Notes: generated from the sequence alone by a model not told the origin. A stretch of 64,000 nucleotides of DNA from Prevotella sp. (GCA_017470055.1 JAFUFD010000087.1:53467-117466); one strand, 5' to 3'. Shown: positions 22,267 to 32,645, counted from the first letter of the stretch. Program-made: numbers and translations.

Positions 22267-24027
22267 ATGAGAAAAACATTACTTATTAATATGCTGCTTG
22301 CCCTCACCATAAGGATGAGTGCGGCAGTAGATTCAAACTTCTACATCTACCTGTGTTTCGGACAGTCGAACATGGAGGGACAGGCACAGGCAGAGACTGT
22401 CGACAAGACCGTTGACGATCGTTTCCAGATGCTCGCTTGCGTGGACTTCACCCAGACCACTCCTAACCGCACCAAAGGACAATGGTATCCTGCCAACTGT
22501 CCTATTGTCCGTGACTGGACCAATATCGGCATGGCAGACTATTTCGGACGTACCATGGTTGCCGCTCTCCCTTCCAACGTCAGAGTCGGTGTGGTTGATG
22601 TCGCTATCGGTGGTGTCGCCATTGAAGGCTTTATGTCGGAAGAGGTTGAGAACTACCTGAAAGATCAAGAGCCTTGGATGAAAAACTCGTTTGCCGCCTA
22701 CGACAATGACCCATATAAACGCTTGGTAGAGATGGCTAAGATCGCCCAGCAGTCGGGAGTCATCAAGGGCATTCTGCTCCATCAAGGAGAGTCGAACAAC
22801 GGACAACAGGCATGGCTCCAGAAAGTAAAGACCATCTACGAGCGTCTGCTCACTGATTTAGGGCTTGACGCCACCGAAGTTCCCCTTTTCGCTGGCGAGA
22901 CCGTTAATGCTGATGTTGGCGGTACTTGCTCTCTGCATAATACCATTATCGCCCAACTTCCTAACATCATCCCCACTGCCCATGTTGTTCACTCCAATGG
23001 CTGTCCCTGTGCCTCCGACAATATTCACTTCACTGTCTCTGGTTACCGCACAATGGGTAAGCGCTATGCCTATGAGGCACTGAAGGTGATGGGTAAGGAG
23101 ACAAAGGCTCAGGATGGCTACGCTTGGAATGATGCACTGAAAAAGGTATATGCCCTCAGCAAACTGAACGCTGTGGAAGATATCAACATCCGTAAGGGTG
23201 GCAGTAAGGTGCTGACCCTCAGGGGTACCTTCGCCGACGGACATGAGGAAGACCTTATCAACGAGGCGACCTTCACCAGCGAAGACTTCACTATTAAAGA
23301 TGGAGCCGTAATAGGCACTGAGGAGAATACTGGTATTGTCAAGGCATCCTATACCGATTTCTTAGGTGTTACTCATACCTTAGATATCAATGTCACAGTA
23401 TCCGACCAAGGTCCTAACCATGTGCTGGTGGTGAATAATCCAAATGCCAGTACTGACATTTATGGCAACGAGGCTATCTGCAAACTTGCCACGCCAATGG
23501 TGGTCGGTAAGACATACACCGTCCGTGTTACTATGCGTGCCGATCAAGCGGGTGAAATTGCCTTATGGCCCCGATTTGGTGCCAGCACAAATCGAGACCA
23601 ATGGGGCAATAGTGCTGACGTACAATATAACCTTCCCACAAAAAATGTCGTCACAACCTACCAAGATTTCGAGTGGACATGCACTGCTACCTATCCACAT
23701 GATGAGTTGATTTTCTGCCTTGGTCATCTAAAAGGCAACGTCTATTTCGATGATTTGTCTTGCATCGAACAAGGTGGTACCACAGAAATGATTACCAACG
23801 GTGATTTCGAATCTGACAATATCTCTAACTGGTCTATCCTTTCTTGGAGAAACCAATCTCTTTCCATTCAAGAAGACACCACCGCAGGCATCGAACTCCT
23901 CCGCCAGCCTGTCAAGACAGATGGTACCGTCTATAACCTGCAGGGTGTCAAGGTAGGTACAACCAACGACTGGAGCACCCTACCCCACGGTGTTTATGTC
24001 GTCAACGGCAAAATTGTTATAAGATAA
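22267..24027 (+). CDS. CE6 acetylxylan esterase with Ig-like/CBM4-like modules and C-terminal secretion-type domain
   Basis: GQSNMEG, HQGESN and DNIH motifs; ITNGDFE module; C-terminus TAGI...VYNLQGVKV...HGVYVVNGK. Confidence 0.85.
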   Translation: MRKTLLINMLLALTIRMSAAVDSNFYIYLCFGQSNMEGQAQAETVDKTVDDRFQMLACVDFTQTTPNRTKGQWYPANCPIVRDWTNIGMADYFGRTMVAALPSNVRVGVVDVAIGGVAIEGFMSEEVENYLKDQEPWMKNSFAAYDNDPYKRLVEMAKIAQQSGVIKGILLHQGESNNGQQAWLQKVKTIYERLLTDLGLDATEVPLFAGETVNADVGGTCSLHNTIIAQLPNIIPTAHVVHSNGCPCASDNIHFTVSGYRTMGKRYAYEALKVMGKETKAQDGYAWNDALKKVYALSKLNAVEDINIRKGGSKVLTLRGTFADGHEEDLINEATFTSEDFTIKDGAVIGTEENTGIVKASYTDFLGVTHTLDINVTVSDQGPNHVLVVNNPNASTDIYGNEAICKLATPMVVGKTYTVRVTMRADQAGEIALWPRFGASTNRDQWGNSADVQYNLPTKNVVTTYQDFEWTCTATYPHDELIFCLGHLKGNVYFDDLSCIEQGGTTEMITNGDFESDNISNWSILSWRNQSLSIQEDTTAGIELLRQPVKTDGTVYNLQGVKVGTTNDWSTLPHGVYVVNGKIVIR

Positions 24028-24040
24028 ATTTCAACAGTAT

Positions 24041-24067
24041 TAAACCATTCGCATAATAGGGCGTCTA
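24041..24067 (+). promoter_or_regulatory. Possible ECF sigma-factor promoter
   Basis: TAAAC-N16-CGTCTA, 10 bp upstream of the receptor start; no TAnnTTTG seen in this spacer. Confidence 0.35.
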
Positions 24068-24077
24068 ACTATACATT

Positions 24078-26612
24078 ATGAAAAGAATTATAGTTATCGC
24101 CCTATTATTTATGGGTACCCTTGTCGCCTTGGCACAAGGTTCTGTGAGAGGTAAAGTTCTTGATAAGCAGACGGATGAGGTCATGGAGTTTGTCAATGTC
24201 GTGGTGGAGACGCCTGCGGGCAAACTCGTCAAAGGGGCTATCACGGATGTTGACGGACAGTTTCATATCACAGGACTGAAAGACGGTAACTATCAGTTAC
24301 AGGTCTCTTTCGTGGGTTACAAGACGTTGACCCGCCAGTTTACCCTGTCTGCGCAGAACCGCCAACAGCAATACAAGGCACTCTACCTTGCGGAGGATGC
24401 GAAGGTGCTGGGTGAGGTCCAAGTCACCGGGCAACGCTCACAGATGAAACTGGAGGTCGACCGCAAGGTCTTCTCCGTCGACCAGATTCTTGCCGCAGCA
24501 GGAGGCTCTGCAAGTGACTTGTTGGAGAATATCCCCAGTGTGGAGGTCACTACCGATGGTGAGATATCGTTACGTGGCAACAGCAGTGTAGAGGTGTGGA
24601 TCAACGGTAAGGCGAGCGGACTGACGACAGACAACCGTGCGGAGATCCTGCAACAGATTCCTGCGGAGAGCATTGAGCGCATCGAGGTCATTGACAACCC
24701 CTCTGCGAAATATTCTCCTGAGGGATCGGCAGGTATCATCAATATCGTGTTGAAACGTGACCGCAAGGCTGGCTATTATGGCTCAATGCGTGCTGGCGCG
24801 AATATCTACGGTGGATGGAATACGGGAGCGAATATCAACTATTCAAGTGGTGTCCTTGACGCATACGCCAACTTAGGCTATCGCCACCGTAAAAACCAGG
24901 GAGGCAGTGAGAGTCAGCAGAACTACAAGCAGACCAACGAATACCAAAACTACGAGAGTAAGGATAAAAACCGTGGTGGAGGACTCTTCGCTCGTATGGG
25001 ACTCACCTGGCATTTCACCAGGAACGATGACCTGTCTTTAGGGGGCATGACCTTGCAGGGCAACTTTAAGAACACCTCAATGACACCTTATCATTATGGT
25101 ATGATAGATGCTGCCCAAGACGCTTATCAGATGTTCCGCCTGAACAAGGGCGATGGAGAGATGCACATGTATCATGCGGAACTGGGCTATGAACACCGTT
25201 GGAGAGATAACCACAAACTCACCACCCATGTGGAGTATAACCGCTGGATGAGCGATAACGACAACACCTACCAAGACTCCGTTTGGTTTGTTGATATGCC
25301 ACATCAACAAACAACCTACTCCTACCAATACCGCCCCATGCACATCCGCAACCGTTCTTGGGAGGCAAAACTCGACTATGAGAACCAGATTTCTGAGAAC
25401 TTCAAGATAGAAGCAGGCTATAACGGACGCTGGTCGCACGAGAACACCCCACAGGAGTCATGGTTTGCCGACAACTGGGAAGGGACAGGACTGGTGGAGG
25501 ATGCGCTCTACTATAACCGCTTCATCTACTCGATGGATACCCATGCCCTCTATGCCACTATCAACACGAAGGTTGGCAAACTCGGCATCATGGCGGGTGT
25601 ACGTGGTGAATATTGGAAAGTGAATACGGAGAGTTACGACTATGCACAGGAGCATGGTACGGCCACCAAGGAGGAACCTTACAAAAAGGACTTTTTCAAA
25701 CTCTTCCCCTCGCTGTTCCTGAACTATGAGTTGACGGAGAGTGCGCAACTGCAGTTGAACTACACCTACCGTCTGCGTCGCCCTTGGGGTGGACAACTCA
25801 ACTCGTTCCGCAACACCAGCGATGCCTCAATGATACAGTTCGGCAATCCCGAGTTGACCCCGGAATATACTCATTCTATCTCGCTTAACTTCCTGAAGAC
25901 ATGGGCAGAGCATACCCTGAGCATCTCCACCTACTATCGTCCCACCACAGATGTGATGCAGCGCATCCGTTACCAGAATGCGGACGACGGACTGATGTAT
26001 ATGACGACGATGAACCTCACCAAGCGGCAGAGTCTCGGTGTGGAACTCATCGGAAAGAACAAATTCTTCCGCATCCTCGACCTCACGACAACCGTCAATG
26101 GATACTATAACAAACTCGATGGCTTCACCTATATCATCGACGGACAGACGGTCACTGGTGAGGGCGACAAGAGTTTCTCATGGGATGCCCGCATGCTCGC
26201 CTCCCTCATCCTGCCCTACGATATCTCTGTGCAGTTGACAGGCAACTACCGCTCTCGTGGTGTGATCACACAAGGTTATCGCAAGCCTAACGCCTCCGTG
26301 GACTTAGGTATCCGCAAGAACTTCTTCAACAAGAAAATCGCCGTTGCCTTCAACTGGCGTGATGTCTTTAACTCCCGCCATTGGGAGAACTATACCGAGA
26401 GTGACACCTTCTGGCGTCACCAGAAGAACTGGCGTGACCCCATGGCGAATATCCAAGTCACCTGGAACTTCGGCAACATGAACAATCAGCGCAAACACGG
26501 TGAGCGTGAGGAACTGCTCCAAGACAACGACCAGCCACAGCAGAATAACCAACAGCAACGACAGAGCGAGCAGCCGCAACAGGACTTCCAATCTGGTGGT
26601 GGAGAAGAGTAA
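24078..26612 (+). CDS. TonB-dependent receptor / outer-membrane beta-barrel protein
   Basis: Signal peptide; carboxypeptidase-like N-domain; plug IERIEVIDNPSAKY...GIINIVLK; GNPELTPE; Q/E-rich tail. Confidence 0.85.
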   Translation: MKRIIVIALLFMGTLVALAQGSVRGKVLDKQTDEVMEFVNVVVETPAGKLVKGAITDVDGQFHITGLKDGNYQLQVSFVGYKTLTRQFTLSAQNRQQQYKALYLAEDAKVLGEVQVTGQRSQMKLEVDRKVFSVDQILAAAGGSASDLLENIPSVEVTTDGEISLRGNSSVEVWINGKASGLTTDNRAEILQQIPAESIERIEVIDNPSAKYSPEGSAGIINIVLKRDRKAGYYGSMRAGANIYGGWNTGANINYSSGVLDAYANLGYRHRKNQGGSESQQNYKQTNEYQNYESKDKNRGGGLFARMGLTWHFTRNDDLSLGGMTLQGNFKNTSMTPYHYGMIDAAQDAYQMFRLNKGDGEMHMYHAELGYEHRWRDNHKLTTHVEYNRWMSDNDNTYQDSVWFVDMPHQQTTYSYQYRPMHIRNRSWEAKLDYENQISENFKIEAGYNGRWSHENTPQESWFADNWEGTGLVEDALYYNRFIYSMDTHALYATINTKVGKLGIMAGVRGEYWKVNTESYDYAQEHGTATKEEPYKKDFFKLFPSLFLNYELTESAQLQLNYTYRLRRPWGGQLNSFRNTSDASMIQFGNPELTPEYTHSISLNFLKTWAEHTLSISTYYRPTTDVMQRIRYQNADDGLMYMTTMNLTKRQSLGVELIGKNKFFRILDLTTTVNGYYNKLDGFTYIIDGQTVTGEGDKSFSWDARMLASLILPYDISVQLTGNYRSRGVITQGYRKPNASVDLGIRKNFFNKKIAVAFNWRDVFNSRHWENYTESDTFWRHQKNWRDPMANIQVTWNFGNMNNQRKHGEREELLQDNDQPQQNNQQQRQSEQPQQDFQSGGGEE

Positions 26613-26617
26613 AAGAT

Positions 26618-26656
26618 AAAAAAGTGGAATAGAAATTTGATTATTCCACTTTTTTT
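26618..26656 (+). terminator. Intrinsic terminator abutting the next promoter
   Basis: AAAAAAGTGGAATA...TATTCCACTTTTTTT, then TATCTTTG at 26659. Confidence 0.75.
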
Positions 26657-26674
26657 CGTATCTTTGACCCCACT

Positions 26675-27817
26675 ATGGAAAAATATCAGTATCATATCTT
26701 CGCACCTTATCGGGTTTGTCCGTTAGGAGCACATGTGGATCACCAGCACGGACTGGTGACAGGTTTTGCCATTGACAAAGGTGTCGACCTGTGGTTTAAC
26801 ATTAGGGAAGATAGTCTCGTGACATTGTCGTCACGCACCTTTGAGGGCGATGTGGAGTTTCATGTGAATACGCCCTCTCAGGTAAGGGAGCACCATTGGG
26901 GCGACTATGCACGTGGTGCCAAGTATGCCTTGCGGAAGCGCTTCGAACTGAAACGGGGTATTGAGGGTGTGATACAGGGTTCATTGCCTGTGGGAGGTCT
27001 GTCGTCTTCGGCAGCAGTGTTGATTGCCTATGTGATGGCTTTCGCCAAGGCGAACGATATCACATTACAACCTTTTGAGGTGGTGAAGATCGCCTCTGAG
27101 GCGGAACGGGAGTATATCGGACTGAACAACGGTCTGCTGGACCAGGCTTGTATCGCATTAGGCAAGAAAGACGGACTGCTGTTCCTTGACTGTGACAGCA
27201 ACGACTACCGCATCATCAAGCGGCATCCTGAGATGCCCGACTTCGAGATTGGCATCTTCTTCTCCGGATTGACCCGCTCACTGGTGAACTCCGACTATAA
27301 CCTGCGTGTCAGTGAGTGTAAGACTGCGGCATGGAACATGCTCGCCTATACCGACCAGCCTCTGAAGACGTTCGATAAGACGTTCCTGCGGGATATCCCC
27401 AAGACGACATTTGAGAAGACACGTATCGCCATGCCTGCTCGTTTTGCCCGTCGTGCCGAGCATTTCTATTCGGAGTATCGCCGAGTGCGCCAAGGTGTGA
27501 CGGCATGGGAGACAGGTAACCTGAAACTCTTCGGTAAACTGTCGTTCGACTCCTGCGAGAGTAGCATCCATAACTACGAGTGTGGCAGTCCAGAGTTGAT
27601 TGCCATCTATGAGATCATGCGCTCACTGCCTGGTGTCTACGGTGGCAGGTTCAGTGGTGCTGGTTTCAAGGGCGCTTGTATCGCCCTTGTGGACCCTACC
27701 CACAAGGAGGAGATAGAGAAGGAACTGACCCGTCGTTATCTGGAGGAGTTCCCTGAGTATGAGAAGACGTTTAAAGTGTTCTGGGTAAAACCAGACGATG
27801 GAGCGAGGTTTGTTTAG
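26675..27817 (+). CDS. GHMP-family sugar kinase, galacturonokinase-like
   Basis: APYRVCPLGAHVDHQ, PVGGLSSSAA and GRFSGAGFKG motifs; lacks the GRVNLIGEHTDY galactokinase signature. Confidence 0.8.
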   Translation: MEKYQYHIFAPYRVCPLGAHVDHQHGLVTGFAIDKGVDLWFNIREDSLVTLSSRTFEGDVEFHVNTPSQVREHHWGDYARGAKYALRKRFELKRGIEGVIQGSLPVGGLSSSAAVLIAYVMAFAKANDITLQPFEVVKIASEAEREYIGLNNGLLDQACIALGKKDGLLFLDCDSNDYRIIKRHPEMPDFEIGIFFSGLTRSLVNSDYNLRVSECKTAAWNMLAYTDQPLKTFDKTFLRDIPKTTFEKTRIAMPARFARRAEHFYSEYRRVRQGVTAWETGNLKLFGKLSFDSCESSIHNYECGSPELIAIYEIMRSLPGVYGGRFSGAGFKGACIALVDPTHKEEIEKELTRRYLEEFPEYEKTFKVFWVKPDDGARFV

Positions 27818-27840
27818 TTCATAGTTAAGAGTTCATAGTT

Positions 27841-28572
27841 ATGAAGAATATAGTTATTGCAGCAGGTTATGCCACGAGGTTAGGGGAACTGACTAAGAAT
27901 TTCCCGAAGCCATTGTTGAAGATTGGTCAGAGCACCATTTTAGGTCGCATGCTCGATGACATCGACCAGATTCCTGAGATTGACGAGCATGTCATCGTCA
28001 CCAATCATAAATTTGCACCAATCTTCGAGGAGTGGGCTGCCCAGCAGCAATACACCAAGCCCATCACCATCATCGATGATGGCACTTCTACGAACGATAC
28101 CCGCTTAGGTGCTGTCTGCGACCTGTTGTTTGCGATGGAGCAACTCCATGTCAACGATGATATGCTGGTCGTTGCCGCCGACAACCTGCTGTTCTTCTCC
28201 TTCCAAGAGTTTGTCGACTTTGCCAAGGCGAAGCAGACAAGTTGTATTATGTGCCATGAGCAACCTTCTATCGAGAAGTTGCAGCGTACGGGTGTCATTG
28301 TCGTGGACGACCAGATGAAGGTGCTGAATATGGAGGAGAAACCGCAGGAGCCGAAGAGCCATTGGGCAGTGCCACCTTTCTATATCTATTTAAGGAAAGA
28401 CCTCGACCTGGTGCGCCATTCCGTGGAGAACGGCTGTGGCAAGGACGCTCCTGGCAATCTCGCCCATTATATGGTCGACCATACCACGATGCACGCCTGG
28501 CAGATGACGGCAGGGCGGTTCGACATCGGCAGCCTCGACACCTATTATGAGGCAGTAGAGAAATTTGGATAA
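27841..28572 (+). CDS. Sugar-1-phosphate nucleotidyltransferase
   Basis: IAAGYATRL...PKPLL, AADNL, EEKP and FDIG motifs. Confidence 0.88.
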   Translation: MKNIVIAAGYATRLGELTKNFPKPLLKIGQSTILGRMLDDIDQIPEIDEHVIVTNHKFAPIFEEWAAQQQYTKPITIIDDGTSTNDTRLGAVCDLLFAMEQLHVNDDMLVVAADNLLFFSFQEFVDFAKAKQTSCIMCHEQPSIEKLQRTGVIVVDDQMKVLNMEEKPQEPKSHWAVPPFYIYLRKDLDLVRHSVENGCGKDAPGNLAHYMVDHTTMHAWQMTAGRFDIGSLDTYYEAVEKFG

Positions 28573-28580
28573 AACCCTTA

Positions 28581-28626
28581 ATAGCAAAGAAAAAACTGTT
28601 TTTTCTTTGCTATATCTTTTTTTTTC
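28581..28626 (+). terminator. Intrinsic terminator
   Basis: ATAGCAAAGAAAAAA-CTG-TTTTTTCTTTGCTAT followed by a T-tract. Confidence 0.7.
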
Positions 28627-28644
28627 CGTACCTTCGCACCCGAA

Positions 28645-28725
28645 TTATCAAGGGGTGCCGCCAGTTGGCGGCTGAGATGATACCCTCTTAACCTGATGCG
28701 GGCAATACCGACGTAGGGATGATAG
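28645..28725 (+). ncRNA. TPP (thi-box) riboswitch
   Basis: GGGGTGC...GCTGAGA..TACCC..ACCTGAT...GG.AATACC..CGTAGGGA consensus, upstream of thiamine transport genes. Confidence 0.95.
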
Positions 28726-28784
28726 AGTTCGAGATTCAATACGACCCCCTTTATTTTTAATGTTTAAAAATTAAAGGAAGAGAA

Positions 28785-31178
28785 ATGAAAAGAGTATTTC
28801 TAATGATGCTGCTGGGTGCTGCGATGACAGCGCAGGCAGAAGAGACGGACACACTGAAAAGTGTGGAGTTACAGAACGTGCAGGTGGTAGCGACTCGCGC
28901 CACGAAGAAGACACCTGTTGCCTTTACCAACATGAACAAGGAACAACTCAAGGCGGTGAACTACGGACAGGACGTGCCTTACCTTTTGTCGCTGACTCCC
29001 TCGGTGACGATGACGTCGGATGCCGGTAACGGTATTGGCTATACATCACTGCGTGTTCGTGGCACAGACCCCAGCCGTATTAACATCACAGCGAATGGGG
29101 TGCCGATGAATGATGCGGAGAGCGCCCAACTCTACTGGGTGAACATGGGTGACTTTGCCTCCTCTGTGCAGTCGATGCAGATCCAGCGTGGTGTGGGTAC
29201 CTCCACGAATGGTGCGGGTGCCTTTGGCGCTACCCTGAATATGCAGACAGAAAATATCGGACTACAGCCTTATGTAGGGTTGGACGCAAGTGCTGGCTCC
29301 TACTACTCCCATAAGGAGACGGTGCGCTTCGGCACAGGACTCATTGACGGACACTGGGGACTGCAGGGTCGTCTGTCGAACATTGGATCCAAGGGATATA
29401 TTGACCGTGCCTCCACGAAACTCAACAGTTACTTCCTGCAGGCAGGCTGGTTTGGCGACAATACCGTGGTGAAGTTCATCACATGGAATGGTGTGGAGGA
29501 GACCTACCACGCATGGGACTATAGTTCCAAATATGAGCAGTCTCTCTATGGGCGTACTTACAACCCTTGTGGTGCTATGGCATGGGATGATGACTATAAC
29601 CCCATTGCCTACTATAAGAACCAGACGGATAACTACCACCAGCAGAACTACCAACTTATCCTAAACCAACGTATCGGACGAGAACTGAGCCTCAACGCCG
29701 CACTCCACTATACCCGTGGTGACGGTTACTACGAGCAATTCAAAGACGGGCGGAAATGGGCGGACTATGGAATGTTCACGGCTGACCCTGATGACGTGCG
29801 CTTTGATGCCAACGGACTGGAGTACAAACCCATTGTTAAGGGTGACCTGATCCGCCAGAAGAAAATGGCGAACGACTTCTATGGTGCCGTGGCATCTCTT
29901 ACCTACAACAATCACAAGGACATCGAGGCCAGTGTGGGCGGAGGCTGGAACAAGTATGACGGCGACCATTTTGGTAAGGTTATCTGGTCGGGAACACCTT
30001 ATCTATATTATTATAACAAGGCTAATGACGCTAAGTTAAAGGATGCCAATGGCAAGACGGTTTATGGTGACGTGTATGGAACCACTGTTGTTCCTGATTT
30101 GGAGTTCTATCGTAACAACGCACAAAAGACTGATTTCAACATCTATGCCAAGGCAAGTTACACCTTCTGGAAAGGGCTGAGCGGATTCTTAGACCTGCAA
30201 TTCCGCAGTATTAATTACCGCATGCAGGATCCAGGCGACTGGTGGGGAGCCAATGCCGATGGAGCGTATATCGTTGACGACACCTATAACTTCTTCAATC
30301 CTAAGTTCGGACTGAACTATAACATTGACCGTCACCATCAAGTATATGCCTCGTACGCCATTGCTCATAAGGAGCCAACACGCAACGACTATGAGGATAA
30401 CCTGGGACTGGACCTGAGGGCTGAGCGGTTGAACGACCTCGAGGTAGGATACAAATACCTGTCTCGCTCGTTCTCGGCAGGTGTCAACCTGTATTGGATG
30501 GACTATAAAGACCAGTTTGTGCTGACGGGTGAACTGAATGAAATCGGTGAGGCTGTCGCTATCAACATTCCCAAGAGTTATCGACTGGGTATTGAGTTAG
30601 AGGCTGCCTGGCAACCTGTTGACTGGTTCCGCTGGGATATGAACGCCACCTTCTCGAAGAACCGAGTGAAGGATGCCGTGGTAACACTGGACGATAACAC
30701 GAATGTACAGTTAGGTGATGCGCCACTTTCTTTCTCTCCCGACGTAATCTTCAACAATATCTTGACTTTCAACTACCATGGTTTCAAAGCGAGCATTCAG
30801 AGCCAGTACATCGGTGAGCAATACCTGACCAACTCTGGTTTCAAGACCATGACGGGATGGGATGCCAATGGCAATGAGACCTCTGAGTCGCTGCTGCTGG
30901 ACAGTCATTTCAACACCAATGTAGACCTCTCCTATACCTTCAGTCTGAAACCGTTTGGCATCAAGGAGATCACAGCAGGTCTTACACTGTATAACATCTT
31001 TTCGGCTAAGTACGACACCAATGGTTGGGCTGCGCCTGCCTACCAGCAGAAAGACGGAAAAGTGTTTGCCTACAACGGCAGTTACGCCACCGACTGGGCT
31101 TTGTATGATCAGTGGGCTGTCGGCTTCGCTCCCTCGGCTCCTTTCAATATGATGGCGCACGTGTCGATTAACTTCTAA
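28785..31178 (+). CDS. TonB-dependent thiamine receptor (OMthi-type)
   Basis: Plug motif RVRGTDPSRINITANGVPMND; terminal F; preceded by a TPP riboswitch and followed by pnuC and thiamine pyrophosphokinase. Confidence 0.88.
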   Translation: MKRVFLMMLLGAAMTAQAEETDTLKSVELQNVQVVATRATKKTPVAFTNMNKEQLKAVNYGQDVPYLLSLTPSVTMTSDAGNGIGYTSLRVRGTDPSRINITANGVPMNDAESAQLYWVNMGDFASSVQSMQIQRGVGTSTNGAGAFGATLNMQTENIGLQPYVGLDASAGSYYSHKETVRFGTGLIDGHWGLQGRLSNIGSKGYIDRASTKLNSYFLQAGWFGDNTVVKFITWNGVEETYHAWDYSSKYEQSLYGRTYNPCGAMAWDDDYNPIAYYKNQTDNYHQQNYQLILNQRIGRELSLNAALHYTRGDGYYEQFKDGRKWADYGMFTADPDDVRFDANGLEYKPIVKGDLIRQKKMANDFYGAVASLTYNNHKDIEASVGGGWNKYDGDHFGKVIWSGTPYLYYYNKANDAKLKDANGKTVYGDVYGTTVVPDLEFYRNNAQKTDFNIYAKASYTFWKGLSGFLDLQFRSINYRMQDPGDWWGANADGAYIVDDTYNFFNPKFGLNYNIDRHHQVYASYAIAHKEPTRNDYEDNLGLDLRAERLNDLEVGYKYLSRSFSAGVNLYWMDYKDQFVLTGELNEIGEAVAINIPKSYRLGIELEAAWQPVDWFRWDMNATFSKNRVKDAVVTLDDNTNVQLGDAPLSFSPDVIFNNILTFNYHGFKASIQSQYIGEQYLTNSGFKTMTGWDANGNETSESLLLDSHFNTNVDLSYTFSLKPFGIKEITAGLTLYNIFSAKYDTNGWAAPAYQQKDGKVFAYNGSYATDWALYDQWAVGFAPSAPFNMMAHVSINF

Positions 31179-31183
31179 TAGAC

Positions 31184-31774
31184 ATGGATTTCCTGACTAC
31201 CCATTGGCTTGACATATTGACAACGGTACTCGGACTGGTGTATATCTGGCTCGAGTACCGTGCAAGTATTGCCCTGTGGATCGTAGGTATCATCATGCCA
31301 GCCTTGGACATCTACCTCTACTACAGCCATGGACTGTATGGTGACTCGGCAATGGCATGCTACTACACGGCTGCCGCCGTCTATGGCTATATCGCATGGA
31401 AATGGGGAAAGGGTGAGAAGACGGAACTCCCCATCACGCACATGCCGTTGGGCAAGTATCTGCCCACCGTCTGTTTCTTTCTCATGGCATGGGCTGCTAC
31501 CTATTATGTGCTCATCACGTGGACCAACTCCACCGTACCCATGCTCGACTCCTTTACCAATGCCCTCTCATTCGTGGGACTATGGGCACTGGCACGGAAA
31601 TACATTGAGCAGTGGTTCTTCTGGATGGTGGTGGATGCCGTCTGTTGTGTGTTGTATGTCCAGAAAGGTATTCCTTTCAAGGCGGGGCTCTACGGCTTGT
31701 ATGTCGTCATTGCCGTTGCAGGTTACTTTAAGTGGAGGGAGATGATGAAAACCATGAGTCATGAGAAAGTTTGA
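31184..31774 (+). CDS. pnuC: PnuC/PnuT-family thiamine transporter
   Basis: Hydrophobic protein with YGYIAW, DSFT and EQWFFWMVVD motifs. Confidence 0.88.
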   Translation: MDFLTTHWLDILTTVLGLVYIWLEYRASIALWIVGIIMPALDIYLYYSHGLYGDSAMACYYTAAAVYGYIAWKWGKGEKTELPITHMPLGKYLPTVCFFLMAWAATYYVLITWTNSTVPMLDSFTNALSFVGLWALARKYIEQWFFWMVVDAVCCVLYVQKGIPFKAGLYGLYVVIAVAGYFKWREMMKTMSHEKV

Positions 31775-32360
31775 CGCTGTCATCTTAGCAAACGGGGCTT
31801 TCCCCACGCATGCCGTCCCCCTCAAGGTGCTGCACGAGGCTGACAGGGTGGTATGCTGTGATGGTGCCATCACCCACTATCCCCATGCGGACATCGTGAT
31901 AGGCGATGGCGACTCCGTACCTCCTGCGTATCACGACCGACTGATACAAATTGACGAGCAGGATGACAACGACCTGACGAAAGCGACCCGCTATTGCATC
32001 GCACAGGGCTGGCAGAGGATTGCCTATCTCGGTTGTACGGGGAAGCGGGAAGACCATACCCTTGGGAATATCTCGTTGCTCATGCGTTATTTCAAGGAAT
32101 ACCAAGTGGAGGGTGTGATGTATACCGACCATGGCTTTTTTGTCCCTGCGAAAGGTGACAGTACTTTTGAGGCTTACCCTGGTCAACAGGTCAGTATCTT
32201 CAATTTCGGATGTACGGAGTTGTCGTCCGAGGGACTGAAATGGCAGTGCTATCCCACCACCGAGTGGTGGCAGGGGACGTTGAATGAAGCCTTAGGGGCT
32301 TCCTTCACCATCCATGCCAATGACTACTACCTGGCATTCCGTACTTTCTCTGTACACTGA
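31761..32360 (+). CDS. thiN: Thiamine pyrophosphokinase
   Basis: CCDGA, IGDGDS, EQDDNDLTKA and GKREDHTLGN motifs. Confidence 0.9.
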   Translation: MRKFDAVILANGAFPTHAVPLKVLHEADRVVCCDGAITHYPHADIVIGDGDSVPPAYHDRLIQIDEQDDNDLTKATRYCIAQGWQRIAYLGCTGKREDHTLGNISLLMRYFKEYQVEGVMYTDHGFFVPAKGDSTFEAYPGQQVSIFNFGCTELSSEGLKWQCYPTTEWWQGTLNEALGASFTIHANDYYLAFRTFSVH

Positions 32361-32493
32361 ATCCTTTCGCTTTTATTCCCCAGTGAATTTCCCTACAAAA
32401 AGAGTCCTCTTTGTGCCAACAGATTGATAACATCATCTGTGGTCTTTCGCATTCACCGTCTTCAGGAAGTTCAGCGTGAAGCCATTGTTGTCA

Positions 32494-32645
32494 TTGACAA
32501 ACACCTGCTGACTTAGAGTCAGCAACCTTGTCGACTGGAGTCAGCAGGCCTGTCGACTGGAGTCGACAAATCGGTTGACTGGAGTCAACCGTTGGTTAGG
32601 ATGCTTCTAACGATTGATTACAACGGCACTTCACATCGAATACAT
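32494..32645. repeat. Composite palindromic repeat element, copy A (GACT(T/-)(A/G)GAGTC x4 plus GATTACA...CTTCACATC unit)
   Basis: GACT cores at 32510, 32533, 32555 and 32577; homologous to 60323-60510. Confidence 0.85.

Noticed and set aside
26490-26612. Q-rich tail after the beta-barrel end
   Set aside because: Low-complexity tails are common in this receptor family, and there is no frameshift evidence.
32361-32493. Possible gene remnant on the minus strand (…FVNDNNGFTLNFLKTVNAKDHR*)
   Set aside because: Too short and unrecognisable.
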